Part shown: positions 1-8,558 of the stretch, piece by piece
Numbering within the stretch: the first letter of the stretch is position 1
Layout: every line of letters starts with the position of its first letter
Assembly (NCBI GenBank): GCA_035691205.1
Contig: DASSJM010000090.1
Coordinates: 9,059 to 73,058 of the forward strand
Length of the DNA: 64,000 nucleotides
From: Actinomycetota bacterium
GTDB taxonomy: Bacteria > Actinomycetota > UBA4738 > HRBIN12
Direction of reading: 5' to 3'
Notes under the pieces: generated by a model
The model's database searches: none
What the model was told of the DNA's origin: nothing
What the model saw: the letters and a program-made list of their open reading frames with translations, nothing else
Made by a program: the position numbers and the translations under genes

Positions 1-16
1 CCAGCCTGGAGGCCGC

Positions 17-628
17 GTGAGCACCTGGACCCTGATCCGCGCCGCCGGGGTGGGCGCCTACCTGATGCTGTTCCTGTCGGTCGCCTGGGGGCTGGCGGCT
101 ACGACCGCACCTTTGGGCAAGCGGGTCTCCAAGGCCTCCGCCGCCACCTTGCACCAGACGATGTCGACCGTCGGGCTCGTCCTGCTCGGACTGCACCTGG
201 TCGCGCTGTCGGCCGACGGGTTCATGCCGTTCTCCCTGCCCGAGCTCACCATCCCGATGTCGAGCGAGTACCGGCCGGTCGCGGTCGCCTTCGGGATCGC
301 GTCGAGGTACGTGACCGTGTTCGTGGTCGTGGCCTCGCTGCTCCGCGCGCGGATCGGCACGACGACCTGGCGCCGGACGCACCTGCTGGCCGTGCCGGCG
401 TTCGTCCTGGCGCTGGTGCACGGGGTCTTCGCCGGGAGCGACGGCGCTCGACCGTGGATGTTCTGGGTGTACGTGAGCACGGGGTTGATCGTGCTGTTCC
501 TGCTCGTCGTGCGCGGCCTCACCGCGGGGTACCGCCCGGCACGGGCGGCGTCGCCGGCACGACCGGCCGCCTCCGGCGACCTCCGGCCGCAGGCGCCTCC
601 GGCGCAGGTCTCAGCGACGAAGGGTTGA
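17..628 (+). CDS. Polytopic membrane protein, ferric-reductase-like / MsrQ-like transmembrane domain (putative haem b carrier)
   Basis: 203-aa ORF from GTG 17. About six hydrophobic helices with His inside helices (TLHQTM, GLHLVAL, ALVHGVF) and an Ala/Pro-rich tail. Family call is from motif memory only. Confidence 0.5.
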   Translation: MSTWTLIRAAGVGAYLMLFLSVAWGLAATTAPLGKRVSKASAATLHQTMSTVGLVLLGLHLVALSADGFMPFSLPELTIPMSSEYRPVAVAFGIASRYVTVFVVVASLLRARIGTTTWRRTHLLAVPAFVLALVHGVFAGSDGARPWMFWVYVSTGLIVLFLLVVRGLTAGYRPARAASPARPAASGDLRPQAPPAQVSATKG

Positions 629-651
629 ACCGTCCGCCGTAGGATGGCGGC

Positions 652-3357
652 ATGACGGTCGAGGTCTTCCCCTCGCACCTGGTATCGGACGTCGTGCTGC
701 GCGACGGCTCGACGGTCCGGATCCGGCCCGTCCGCCCCTCCGACCTGCGCCGGGTCGAGGACTACCTGATCGGCCTGTCCCCCGAGACCCGGCGGCTCCG
801 CTTCTGGACCCAGGCGGTGAACGTCACCGATCTGGCCAAGCGGATCGTCGAGGTGGACTACCGCGACCACCTCACCCTGCTGGTGCTGGTCGGCGGCGAC
901 GAGGGGCGCATGATCGGTGGCGCGCAGTACATCCGGATGGACGGCCCGCGCGCCGAGCTCGGCCTCTCGGTCACCGACGACTACCAGGGACGAGGCATCG
1001 GGTCGATCCTGGTCGGGCAGATGGCCCAGGCGGCGGCGGCTAACGGGATCACGATCTTCGTCGCCGAGGTCCTGCCCGAGAACCACGGCATGATCAACGT
1101 GTTCCGCAGCAGCGGGTTCCCCGTCACGCTCCGCGCGGAGCCAGGCTCGATCGAGGTCGAGTTCCCGATCGGCCTCACCGAGGACGCGACGGATCGCTTC
1201 GACCAGCGCGAGAACGAGTCGGCGGTGGCCGCGATGCGGACGTTCCTGTCACCGCGCTCGGTGGCCGTGATCGGCGCATCGCGCGACCCCACGTCGATCG
1301 GGGGGCAGCTGTTCCACAACCTGATCACCAGCGACTTCCACGGCCCCGTCTACCCGATCAACCCGAAGGCCGACGTGGTGCACGGCGTCGTGGCCTACCC
1401 GTCGATCCGCGACGCGCCGGGGCCGGTGGACGTCGCGTTCATCGTCGTGCCGGCGGCACACGTCACCGCCGTCGCGAAGGAGTGCGGTGAGGAAGGGGTC
1501 CGCGGACTCGTCGTGATCTCGGCGGGGTTCTCCGAGACCGGCGGCGAGGGCTCGGACCGCCAGGACGAGCTCGTGCGCATCTGCCGCGACCACGGCATGC
1601 GACTGATCGGCCCCAACTGCATGGGCATCGTCAACACCGACGACCAGGTTCGCCTGAACGGCACCTTCGCGACGGTGTACCCGCCCGCCGGCCGGGTGTC
1701 GTTCCTGTCGCAATCGGGCGCGCTGGGTCTCGCCGTCATGCAGGTGGCGACGGAGCTCGGTCTCGGCCTGTCGACGTTCGTCTCGATCGGCAACAAGGCC
1801 GACGTCTCGGGCAACGACCTCGTCGCCTACTGGGGCAAGGACGAGCACACGGACGTCATCCTGCTGTACCTGGAGTCGTTCGGGAACCCGCGCCGGTTCG
1901 CGCGGCTCGCGCGCGAGATCGGTCGGCGCAAGCCCATCATCGCCGTCAAGTCCGGTCGCAGCGCCGCCGGGCAGCGCGCCGCGGCCTCGCACACGGGTGC
2001 GCTGCTCGCCTCGTCGGACGTGACCGTCGACGCGCTGTTCAACCAGTCCGGCGTGATCCGCACGGACACGCTCGAGGAGATGTTCGACGTCGCGACGATC
2101 CTTGCGAGCCAACCGGCGCCGAGCGGCAACCGGATCGCGATCGTCACCAACGCCGGCGGGCTCGGGATCTTGTGCGCCGACACGTGCGAGGCCAACGGGC
2201 TCCAGGTGCCGCCGCTCGCCGACGCCACGACCGAGCTCCTGCGCTCGTTCCTGCCCGCCGAGGCCTCGGTCGGCAACCCGGTCGACATGATCGCCTCGGC
2301 GGGAGGCGAGGACTATCGGCGAGCGATCGAGGTGGTCGCCGCCGATCCCGGCGTCGACGCCCTGATCGTGATCTACATCCCGCCGCAGGCGACGCGCACC
2401 GCGGAGATCGGGCACGCGATCGTCGAGGCCGTGAACGCCCTGGATGGCAAGATCCCGGTGGCGACGACGTGGATGTCCACGAGGGGGCTCCCCGAGGAGC
2501 TCCACGAGGCGGGCACCCGGATCCCGGCCTTCGCGTTCCCCGAGGCGGCCGCGATCGCGATGGCGCATGCGTGCCGGTACGGCAGCTGGCGCGAGCGGTC
2601 CGAGGGCAGCGTCCCCGCGTTCCACGACACCGACCCCGACACGGCGGTGGCGGCGATCGCCCAGACCTTCGGTCGGGGCGAGGAGTGGCTCCGGGCGGAC
2701 GAGGTCGAACGCACGCTCGCCGCGTACGGGCTCCCCGTCGTGCACACCCGCCGCGCGGCGACCCCCGAGGAGGCCGCGGAGGCCGCGGCGGGCCTCGTCG
2801 GCAAGGTCGCGCTCAAGGCGTTCGGTCCCGACATCGTGCACAAGACCGACATCGGCGCCGTCCGCCTGAACCTCGGGACACCGGGCGAGGTCGAGGAGGC
2901 GGCCCGCGAGATGCGCGAACGCGTCGCCGCCGCCGGTCACCAGGTGGAGGGCTTCGAGGTCCAGGAGATGGTGGAGGACGGGGTCGAGATGCTGGTCGGC
3001 GTGGTGCACGACCCGCTGTTCGGGCCGGTCGTCGCCTGCAGCGCGGGCGGGACGGCCGTCGAGCTGGTCCGCGACGTCGCCGTGCGCGTCACGCCCATCA
3101 CGGACCTGGACGCTTCGGAGATGGTGCGCTCGCTCCGGACCTTCCCGCTGCTGCAGGGGTTCCGGGGGACCCCGATCGCGGACGTGCGAGCCCTCGAGGA
3201 CGTGATCCTGCGCGTCGGCGCGATGGTCGACGCCCATCCGTCGATCGCCGAGATGGACTGCAACCCGGTGATGGTGCTTCCGCGGGGAGCCGTGGTGGTC
3301 GACGCGAGGATCCGCGTGCAGCCGACCGCGCCGGAGCTGCCGCTAGCGGCCCGCTGA
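652..3357 (+). CDS. Bifunctional GNAT N-acetyltransferase / NDP-forming acyl-CoA synthetase-like protein (Pat-type protein lysine acetyltransferase)
   Basis: 901-aa ORF, ATG 652. N-terminal GNAT (motif A QGRGIGS), then CoA-binding and ligase-CoA domains (VAVIGASRD, GPNCMG, SQSGALG) and a C-terminal ATP-grasp. Confidence 0.85.
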   Translation: MTVEVFPSHLVSDVVLRDGSTVRIRPVRPSDLRRVEDYLIGLSPETRRLRFWTQAVNVTDLAKRIVEVDYRDHLTLLVLVGGDEGRMIGGAQYIRMDGPRAELGLSVTDDYQGRGIGSILVGQMAQAAAANGITIFVAEVLPENHGMINVFRSSGFPVTLRAEPGSIEVEFPIGLTEDATDRFDQRENESAVAAMRTFLSPRSVAVIGASRDPTSIGGQLFHNLITSDFHGPVYPINPKADVVHGVVAYPSIRDAPGPVDVAFIVVPAAHVTAVAKECGEEGVRGLVVISAGFSETGGEGSDRQDELVRICRDHGMRLIGPNCMGIVNTDDQVRLNGTFATVYPPAGRVSFLSQSGALGLAVMQVATELGLGLSTFVSIGNKADVSGNDLVAYWGKDEHTDVILLYLESFGNPRRFARLAREIGRRKPIIAVKSGRSAAGQRAAASHTGALLASSDVTVDALFNQSGVIRTDTLEEMFDVATILASQPAPSGNRIAIVTNAGGLGILCADTCEANGLQVPPLADATTELLRSFLPAEASVGNPVDMIASAGGEDYRRAIEVVAADPGVDALIVIYIPPQATRTAEIGHAIVEAVNALDGKIPVATTWMSTRGLPEELHEAGTRIPAFAFPEAAAIAMAHACRYGSWRERSEGSVPAFHDTDPDTAVAAIAQTFGRGEEWLRADEVERTLAAYGLPVVHTRRAATPEEAAEAAAGLVGKVALKAFGPDIVHKTDIGAVRLNLGTPGEVEEAAREMRERVAAAGHQVEGFEVQEMVEDGVEMLVGVVHDPLFGPVVACSAGGTAVELVRDVAVRVTPITDLDASEMVRSLRTFPLLQGFRGTPIADVRALEDVILRVGAMVDAHPSIAEMDCNPVMVLPRGAVVVDARIRVQPTAPELPLAAR

Positions 3358-4194
3358 GGCCGGCGCCGATCGAGCGACGATCACCGAGCACCGGGCGTGC
3401 TCGGTCACGTGACGGCTCACGCTGCCGAGCAGCACGCGCGTCACGCCTCGGAGACCGCGGTGCCCGACCACGAGCAGGTCGAACCCGTCGCGCTCGGCGG
3501 CGGCGACGAGCGCGTGCTCGGGACGGCCCATCGCCACGTCGCGGACCGGCGTCACCCCGAGCGCGGCGAGCGCGAGGGCGGAGGCCTCGAGCTCGGGAGG
3601 GCTGGGCTCGTCCGGCCCGAGGGTCCATTCCGCGTCGCGACCGCGGAAGACCGGGATGACGTGGATCAGGTGGAGCTCCGCGCCGGTCACCGCGGCGATC
3701 GACCCGGCCAGGGTGGCGGTGGCGACCGAAGCGTCCGAGCCGTCCACGCCGCACGCGATCCGCGTCGGGAACCCGTCGGGCGCGGCGCGCGCCACGAGCA
3801 CCGAGCAGGGGGCCTGGCCCACCACGTGAGCCGCGGTGCGGCCGAACCGCAGGGCGCCGTGGAGGAGGCCGGTGTCGGGTCCCACGACCAACAGGTCGAT
3901 CCCATGATCGCGTGCCTCCGCGACGAGGACCTCCGCGGGATCGCCGGCGAGGATCCTGGGGCTCGCCTGCACGCCGGCCTCCCGTGGGCCGGCCCCGGCG
4001 CGGTCGAGCGCGGCTTCGGCCTCGGCCTCCACGTCCTCGTCGTGCGCGCGATGGGTGTCGACCACGAACGCGAGGTCGAGGGCGGCACCGGTCGCGGCCG
4101 CGAGGCGACCCGCCTGCCGAGCGGCCTCCGCCGCCCGTTCGGATCCGTCGACGCCGACGAGGATGCGCGAGAAGACCCGGCGGCCCCCCGTCAC
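3343..4194 (-). CDS. Tandem universal stress protein (two UspA domains)
   Basis: ORF 3343..4416 trimmed to GTG 4194, which overlaps the upstream stop as GTGA; the Arg-rich N-terminal run-on was discarded. Two Usp repeats are visible: ILVGVDGSE...LLVVG...CSVLVAR and IACGVDGSD...LLVVGHRG...GSVSRHV...CSVIVAR. Confidence 0.8.
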   Translation of the reverse strand: MTGGRRVFSRILVGVDGSERAAEAARQAGRLAAATGAALDLAFVVDTHRAHDEDVEAEAEAALDRAGAGPREAGVQASPRILAGDPAEVLVAEARDHGIDLLVVGPDTGLLHGALRFGRTAAHVVGQAPCSVLVARAAPDGFPTRIACGVDGSDASVATATLAGSIAAVTGAELHLIHVIPVFRGRDAEWTLGPDEPSPPELEASALALAALGVTPVRDVAMGRPEHALVAAAERDGFDLLVVGHRGLRGVTRVLLGSVSRHVTEHARCSVIVARSAPASAGR

Positions 4195-4898
4195 CGGCCG
4201 CCGGACCTCGGGGCGAGCGCCGTCCACGGGATGGGCATCTCGCCCGGGACGGTGTCGTCGGCCGCGTACGACAGGCGGTCGTTCACGCCGACGACCCCTT
4301 CGACCGAGGTCACGAGCCGCTCCACGATCGGAAGCAGGCTCCGACGCTCGACCTGGCCCTGCAGGCTGACCACCCCGTCGCGAACCACGACCCGGATCGT
4401 ATCCGGATCGATCCACAGCGTTCGCCGGATCACGTCCTCGCGGATCTCCTTGGCGATCGCCGCATCGTCCCGCAGGAACACGCGGAGGAGATCCGCACGC
4501 GAGACGATCCCGACCAGCCGGCCCTCGGCGGTGACGACCGGTAGGCGCTTGACCTCGTTCCGGTGCATCAGCCGGGCGGCCTCGCCCAGCGGAGCGTCGG
4601 GGGCCACCGAGATCACGGGGCTGGTCATGAGCTCGTGCGCGAGATCGCCGGCCGCCTTCGCGCGGTCCTTCGCCCGGTGGCGGCTCTCGAACATGTGCCC
4701 GCCGCCCGCCAGCCCGGGGTCTTCCCGCAGGATCAGGTCGCCCTCGGACACGATGCCGAGGAGCACGTCGTCATCGTCGACCACCGGCAGCGCGCTCACG
4801 TGGTGCTCCTGCATGAGCCGGACGACCTCCTTGAACGGGGCGAGGGCGTCAACGGTCACGACGTCTCGGGTCATCACATCGGACACGGGCGGCTTCAT
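4191..4898 (-). CDS. CBS-pair plus BON domain protein (Hrp1-like hypoxic response protein)
   Basis: ORF 4191..5189 trimmed to ATG 4898, which has a purine-rich SD just upstream. Two CBS motifs (VMTRDVVTV..., LMTSPVISV...) are followed by a BON domain (VVSLQGQV...VEGVVGVNDRL). Confidence 0.8.
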   Translation of the reverse strand: MKPPVSDVMTRDVVTVDALAPFKEVVRLMQEHHVSALPVVDDDDVLLGIVSEGDLILREDPGLAGGGHMFESRHRAKDRAKAAGDLAHELMTSPVISVAPDAPLGEAARLMHRNEVKRLPVVTAEGRLVGIVSRADLLRVFLRDDAAIAKEIREDVIRRTLWIDPDTIRVVVRDGVVSLQGQVERRSLLPIVERLVTSVEGVVGVNDRLSYAADDTVPGEMPIPWTALAPRSGGR

Positions 4899-4944
4899 GT
4901 CGGGCTCCTCTTCGTTCCCACGCCCCCACCGTAGGCTCGGACGG

Positions 4945-4975
4945 GTCCCGCCCCAACGGCCGACCGTCCCGCCCC
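4945..4975. promoter_or_regulatory. Perfect 10-nt direct repeat GTCCCGCCCC x2 (4945-4954 and 4966-4975, 21-nt register) in the divergent CBS/USP - kinase intergenic region; candidate operator
   Basis: Read directly from the sequence. GTCCC is the half-site core of the mycobacterial DosR box. No experimental support. Confidence 0.3.
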
Positions 4976-5076
4976 GAAGGGTCATGGGCCCGAGTCGCAC
5001 GGGACGCACGGCCCGCCCGCGCGAGGCGCCACGGACGGGCTCCGCGAGGTTCGCACCGCGATACGCTGGCCCCGGC

Positions 5077-6678
5077 ATGGACCGACGCGACGAGCTGATC
5101 CGCTCCGGCCTGGCGCTGGCCTCCGAGCTCGAGCTCGAGGCCGTGCTCCAACGCATCATCGCGCTCGCGGTCGAGATGACCGACGCCACCTACGGGGCCC
5201 TGGGGGTGCTCGGCCCGGACGGCTCGATCAGGGAGTTCGTCACGACCGGGGTCACGGCGGCCGAACGCAGGGCGATCGGGCACGAGCCGACGGGGCGGGG
5301 GGTCCTCGGGCTCCTGATCCGCGATCCCCACCCCATCCGGATCGCCAACATCGGGGAGCACCCGGCGTCCTTCGGCTTCCCCCCCAACCACCCGCAGATG
5401 ACCTCCTTCCTGGGCGCACCCGTCACGGCGCGCGGTCAGGTGTTCGGCAACATCTACCTGACCGACAAGCGGGACGGCGGCGGGTTCGACGACGAGGACG
5501 AGGAGGCGCTCGTCGTCCTCGCCGCCCAGGCCGGCACGGCGATCGAGAACGCGCGGCTGTACGAGGAGGCCCGTACCCGTCAACGCTGGCTCGAGGCGGT
5601 CCGCGAGATCGGCGAGGCGATCCTGTCGGGGGCGCATCCCGATGAGGCTCTCCACCTCGTCGCGGAGCGTGCGGCCGCGCTGGTGGAGGCAGATCTCGCG
5701 CTCGTGTCGGTTCCCGAGGGACCCCAGCACCTCCGGGTCGCGTACGCGGAGGGGATGAACGCCGCGCAGATCCTCGGGATGACGTTCCCGACCGAGGGCT
5801 CGATCTCGGGCGAGGTGGTTCGGACCGGGTCCGCCGCCGTGGTCTCGAACGCAGCGACGGATCTCCGCGCCTATGGCCCGTTGGTCGCCGCGGGCGGGTA
5901 CGGGCCCGTGGTCGTCGTGCCGCTGACCGCGCGCGGTCGCGCGTTCGGGACCCTCGCCGTCGCGAACCGCCTCGGGGGGCCCGCCTTCGGCGAGCAGCAG
6001 GTCGCGCTGGTCGGCACCTTCGCCGACCAGGCCGCGGTCGCCCTCGAGTACGCCCGCGCCCAGCAGGAGGTGGAGCGCCTCGCGATCCTCGAGGACCGCG
6101 AACGGATCGCCAAGGAGCTGCACGACGGCGTGATCCAGGCGTTGTTCGCCGTCGGGATGGGCCTCGAGGGCGTGGCCATGGTGACCGGGGACGACGAGCT
6201 CTCGGCCCGGCTCGAGGGGGCGGTGAACGAGATCGACCGCGTGATCCGCGACCTGCGCAACTACATCTTCGGACTGCGTCCGGGGATCCTGGCCGATCGC
6301 GAGCTCGACAAGGCCCTCCGGGCCCTCGCGGAGGAGTTCCAGTCCCGCAGCGGCGTCGTCACGATCGTCGACGTCGACGAGGAGGTCGCGGCGCACCTGT
6401 CCTCGGTCGCCGCCGACGTGATCCAGCTGACGCGCGAAGCTCTGTCGAACGTCGGGCGCCACGCGGCGGCGGACACCTGCCGGGTCTCGCTGCGGCATCG
6501 GGACCACACCGCCGTGCTGGAGGTCGACGACGACGGCCGCGGGTTCGACGCCGCGACCTCGCGCCGCGGAGATGGGCTCACCAACCTGGAGGATCGCGCG
6601 GCGGCCCTGGGCGGGAAGGCCTCCATCGAGTCCACCCCCGCCCAGGGCACCACGGTCCGGATCGAGCTGCCCCTGTAG
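5077..6678 (+). CDS. devS: GAF-GAF sensor histidine kinase, DevS/DosS-like (haem-type GAF-A, HisKA_3, HATPase_c)
   Basis: C-terminal 533 aa of run-on ORF 3397..6678, ATG 5077. GAF-A carries a DevS/DosT-like pocket (HPASFGFPPNHPQMTSFLGAPV...FGNIYLTDK). GAF-B follows, then the H-box ELHDGVIQ and the N/G boxes SNVGRHA, DDGRGF and GLTNLEDR. Confidence 0.85.
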   Translation: MDRRDELIRSGLALASELELEAVLQRIIALAVEMTDATYGALGVLGPDGSIREFVTTGVTAAERRAIGHEPTGRGVLGLLIRDPHPIRIANIGEHPASFGFPPNHPQMTSFLGAPVTARGQVFGNIYLTDKRDGGGFDDEDEEALVVLAAQAGTAIENARLYEEARTRQRWLEAVREIGEAILSGAHPDEALHLVAERAAALVEADLALVSVPEGPQHLRVAYAEGMNAAQILGMTFPTEGSISGEVVRTGSAAVVSNAATDLRAYGPLVAAGGYGPVVVVPLTARGRAFGTLAVANRLGGPAFGEQQVALVGTFADQAAVALEYARAQQEVERLAILEDRERIAKELHDGVIQALFAVGMGLEGVAMVTGDDELSARLEGAVNEIDRVIRDLRNYIFGLRPGILADRELDKALRALAEEFQSRSGVVTIVDVDEEVAAHLSSVAADVIQLTREALSNVGRHAAADTCRVSLRHRDHTAVLEVDDDGRGFDAATSRRGDGLTNLEDRAAALGGKASIESTPAQGTTVRIELPL

Positions 6679-6691
6679 ACGAGCCTCGCCG

Positions 6692-8050
6692 CTACTGCAC
6701 GACCAGCGCCGTCACCATCCCGAACATGCCCTCTGGGCCCTCGACGTGCGGGAGGATGTGGCAGTGGTAGGCCCACACCCCCGGGTAGTCGGCCTTGACC
6801 AGGATGTCGAAGCGTTGCCCGGGCGCAACCGCGAGGGTGTCCGCCATGTACGGCTGGTCCAGGACGAACCCGTCCTGTGCCACCACCTGGAAGTGGTAGC
6901 CGTGCAGGTGCATCGGGTGGATCTGTGCGCCGTCGTTCGACAGGTGGATCAGAACGGTGTCGCCGAGCCCCGCGACGATCGGCTGGGTCCCGGGGAAGTC
7001 CTTGCCGTTCAGCACGTAGCCGGTCGGCCCGTCCCCCAGGAACAGCGTGTGCTCGACGTCGACACCCCCGTAGAGCCGGTCGAACCCGCCCGCCGGCTCG
7101 ATGTACAGCGCCCCGTACATCCCCTTGCCGACCTGCTCGGTGGAGTTGAAGTGGGAGTGGTAGACGTACATGCCCGGCGGGTCCACCACGTCGAACTCGT
7201 AGGTGAAGAACCCCCCAGGCATGATCGGGTCCTGCGTGATGTAGGGCACGCCGTCCATCTCGTTGGGCACCGTCACGCCGTGCATGTGCAGCACGGTGGG
7301 CTGCGTCATCTCGTTGCGGACCACGATCCGAACCCGGTCGCCGGGGTTCACGCGGAGCTCGGGCCCCGGGATCGTCCCGTTGAAGGCCATCCCGTCCACG
7401 AACACGCCGGGCTTCGTCTCCCACTGCACCTCGGTGGCCGTGAGCTCGAACACCTTGACGCCGCCCTCGACCCTGGGCTCGAGCGGCTGGTTGCCCTGGG
7501 CCTCGGTCTCCGCCGGGAACGCGAGCACGCCCGCCTCGTGCCCGTCCAGCATCTCCTGGACGCTCACGCCCGAGTGGTCCATCGAGCCGGTTGGGCCACT
7601 CGCGCCGGTGGCGCCGGTCGCGCCCGCCGCGGCCTCGGAGCCCTCCATGACCATGAGGGTCCCCTCCATCCCGGCCTCGACGTGCCCGGGGACCGTGCAG
7701 TAGGTCCGGTAGTCGCCGGCCGCGAGCGCGGGGACCTCGAGCGTCTCCGTGTCGCCGTTGGCGAGCTCCCGCGTCTCGATCACGCCCTCGCCCGTGTCCA
7801 CCGCGAAGGTGTGCGGCGCCGTGCCCTCGTTCGTCACCTGGAACGTCAGCGTCTGCCCCGCCGGCGCGTGGATCGCCGCGGGGTCGATCGCGAACTCGGT
7901 GAGCGTGACCGCGATCGCCTCGGACCCGACCGCCGCCTGCGATCCCGTCGCTCCCCCACCATCGTCCCCTCCGCCCGTGCAGGCGGCGGTTACGAGCATC
8001 AACACCGCGATCCCCGGCAGCACCAGGACGCGTCGCGTACGCTCACCCAT
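6692..8050 (-). CDS. Lipoprotein multicopper oxidase: N-terminal blue-copper cupredoxin fused to a two-domain MCO core
   Basis: Trimmed to ATG 8050, with GGAGGAG a few nt upstream. Lipobox-like LVTAAC. Cupredoxin with T1 ligands (APHTF, YCTVPGHVEAGM). MCO copper motifs HMHG, YHSH, HPMHLHG and HCHILPH..M. Confidence 0.8.
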   Translation of the reverse strand: MGERTRRVLVLPGIAVLMLVTAACTGGGDDGGGATGSQAAVGSEAIAVTLTEFAIDPAAIHAPAGQTLTFQVTNEGTAPHTFAVDTGEGVIETRELANGDTETLEVPALAAGDYRTYCTVPGHVEAGMEGTLMVMEGSEAAAGATGATGASGPTGSMDHSGVSVQEMLDGHEAGVLAFPAETEAQGNQPLEPRVEGGVKVFELTATEVQWETKPGVFVDGMAFNGTIPGPELRVNPGDRVRIVVRNEMTQPTVLHMHGVTVPNEMDGVPYITQDPIMPGGFFTYEFDVVDPPGMYVYHSHFNSTEQVGKGMYGALYIEPAGGFDRLYGGVDVEHTLFLGDGPTGYVLNGKDFPGTQPIVAGLGDTVLIHLSNDGAQIHPMHLHGYHFQVVAQDGFVLDQPYMADTLAVAPGQRFDILVKADYPGVWAYHCHILPHVEGPEGMFGMVTALVVQ

Positions 8051-8141
8051 CCCTACTCCTCCTCGATCCGGCGATGGCACATGGTCGAGTAGGAAACGCG
8101 ATGAGGCGTGGACGCCGGAGGGCCGGAGGTCCCGACCGAAC

Positions 8142-8558
8142 CTAGGACCCGGTCCCGGGACCCAGCTCGAGCAGGCCTCGGACCGCCCCCATCAGGGCCC
8201 CCCGCTCGGGATGGCGATGCATGCGCACGAGCTGGCCGGGGACCTCGCCGCCCGGATGCGATCCGAGCGCCACGATCTTGTGCCCGGCGAACAGGTACAT
8301 CGCGAGCAGCTCTTCGGCCGGGGTCCCGGTGAGCACGGCCTCGCTCTCCAGGCTCATGTCCAAGATCACCACCGACGCGTCGTTGGCCAGGGCGCACGTT
8401 CCTCCACGGGAGCCGACGCACGTGTAGTCGGGCCCCGTGGGTCCGGGACAGGTGGCGACGTCGAAGCCGGCATCCTCCAGCCAGAGGGCGATCTGCTCGC
8501 GCTCTTGCTCGTCGGCCTCGACGAGCAGCACCGACGCCGGAGGGTCCGAACCGGTCAT
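8142..8558 (-). CDS. Atypical receiver-like domain protein with a Cys-containing insertion
   Basis: ORF 8142..8681 trimmed to ATG 8558. Contains VLLVEADEQE and VVILDMSL (phospho-acceptor-like Asp). The helix-2 region is replaced by CPGPTGPDYTCVGSRGGTC. No output domain. Confidence 0.4.
   Translation of the reverse strand: MTGSDPPASVLLVEADEQEREQIALWLEDAGFDVATCPGPTGPDYTCVGSRGGTCALANDASVVILDMSLESEAVLTGTPAEELLAMYLFAGHKIVALGSHPGGEVPGQLVRMHRHPERGALMGAVRGLLELGPGTGS
8145..8162. repeat. Overlapping palindromes GGACCCGGTCC / GGTCCCGGGACC at the 3' end of the receiver-like gene, upstream of the MCO gene
   Basis: GGTCCCGGGACC (8151-8162) is a perfect 12-bp palindrome. GAGGTCCCG also occurs at 8126-8134. 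It could be an operator or an intrinsic hairpin. Confidence 0.3.

Noticed and set aside
2172-3659. 495-aa Arg-rich ORF and other +2/+3-frame ORFs inside the Pat-like gene.
   Set aside because: Extreme Arg/Pro/Gly composition and complete overlap with a motif-rich 901-aa gene. They are not coding.
3397-5076. N-terminal ~560 aa of the 1093-aa ORF 3397..6678. The N-terminal run-ons of ORFs 21287..26083, 14638..16701, 35076..37355, 36392..37891 and 49558..52236 are analogous.
   Set aside because: These upstream portions lie antisense to, or out of frame with, well-supported genes (USP, CBS, herA/mre11, the paralogous AlaDH-like gene, and so on) and have biased composition. The recognisable domains begin at internal ATG/GTG codons that often overlap the true upstream stop.
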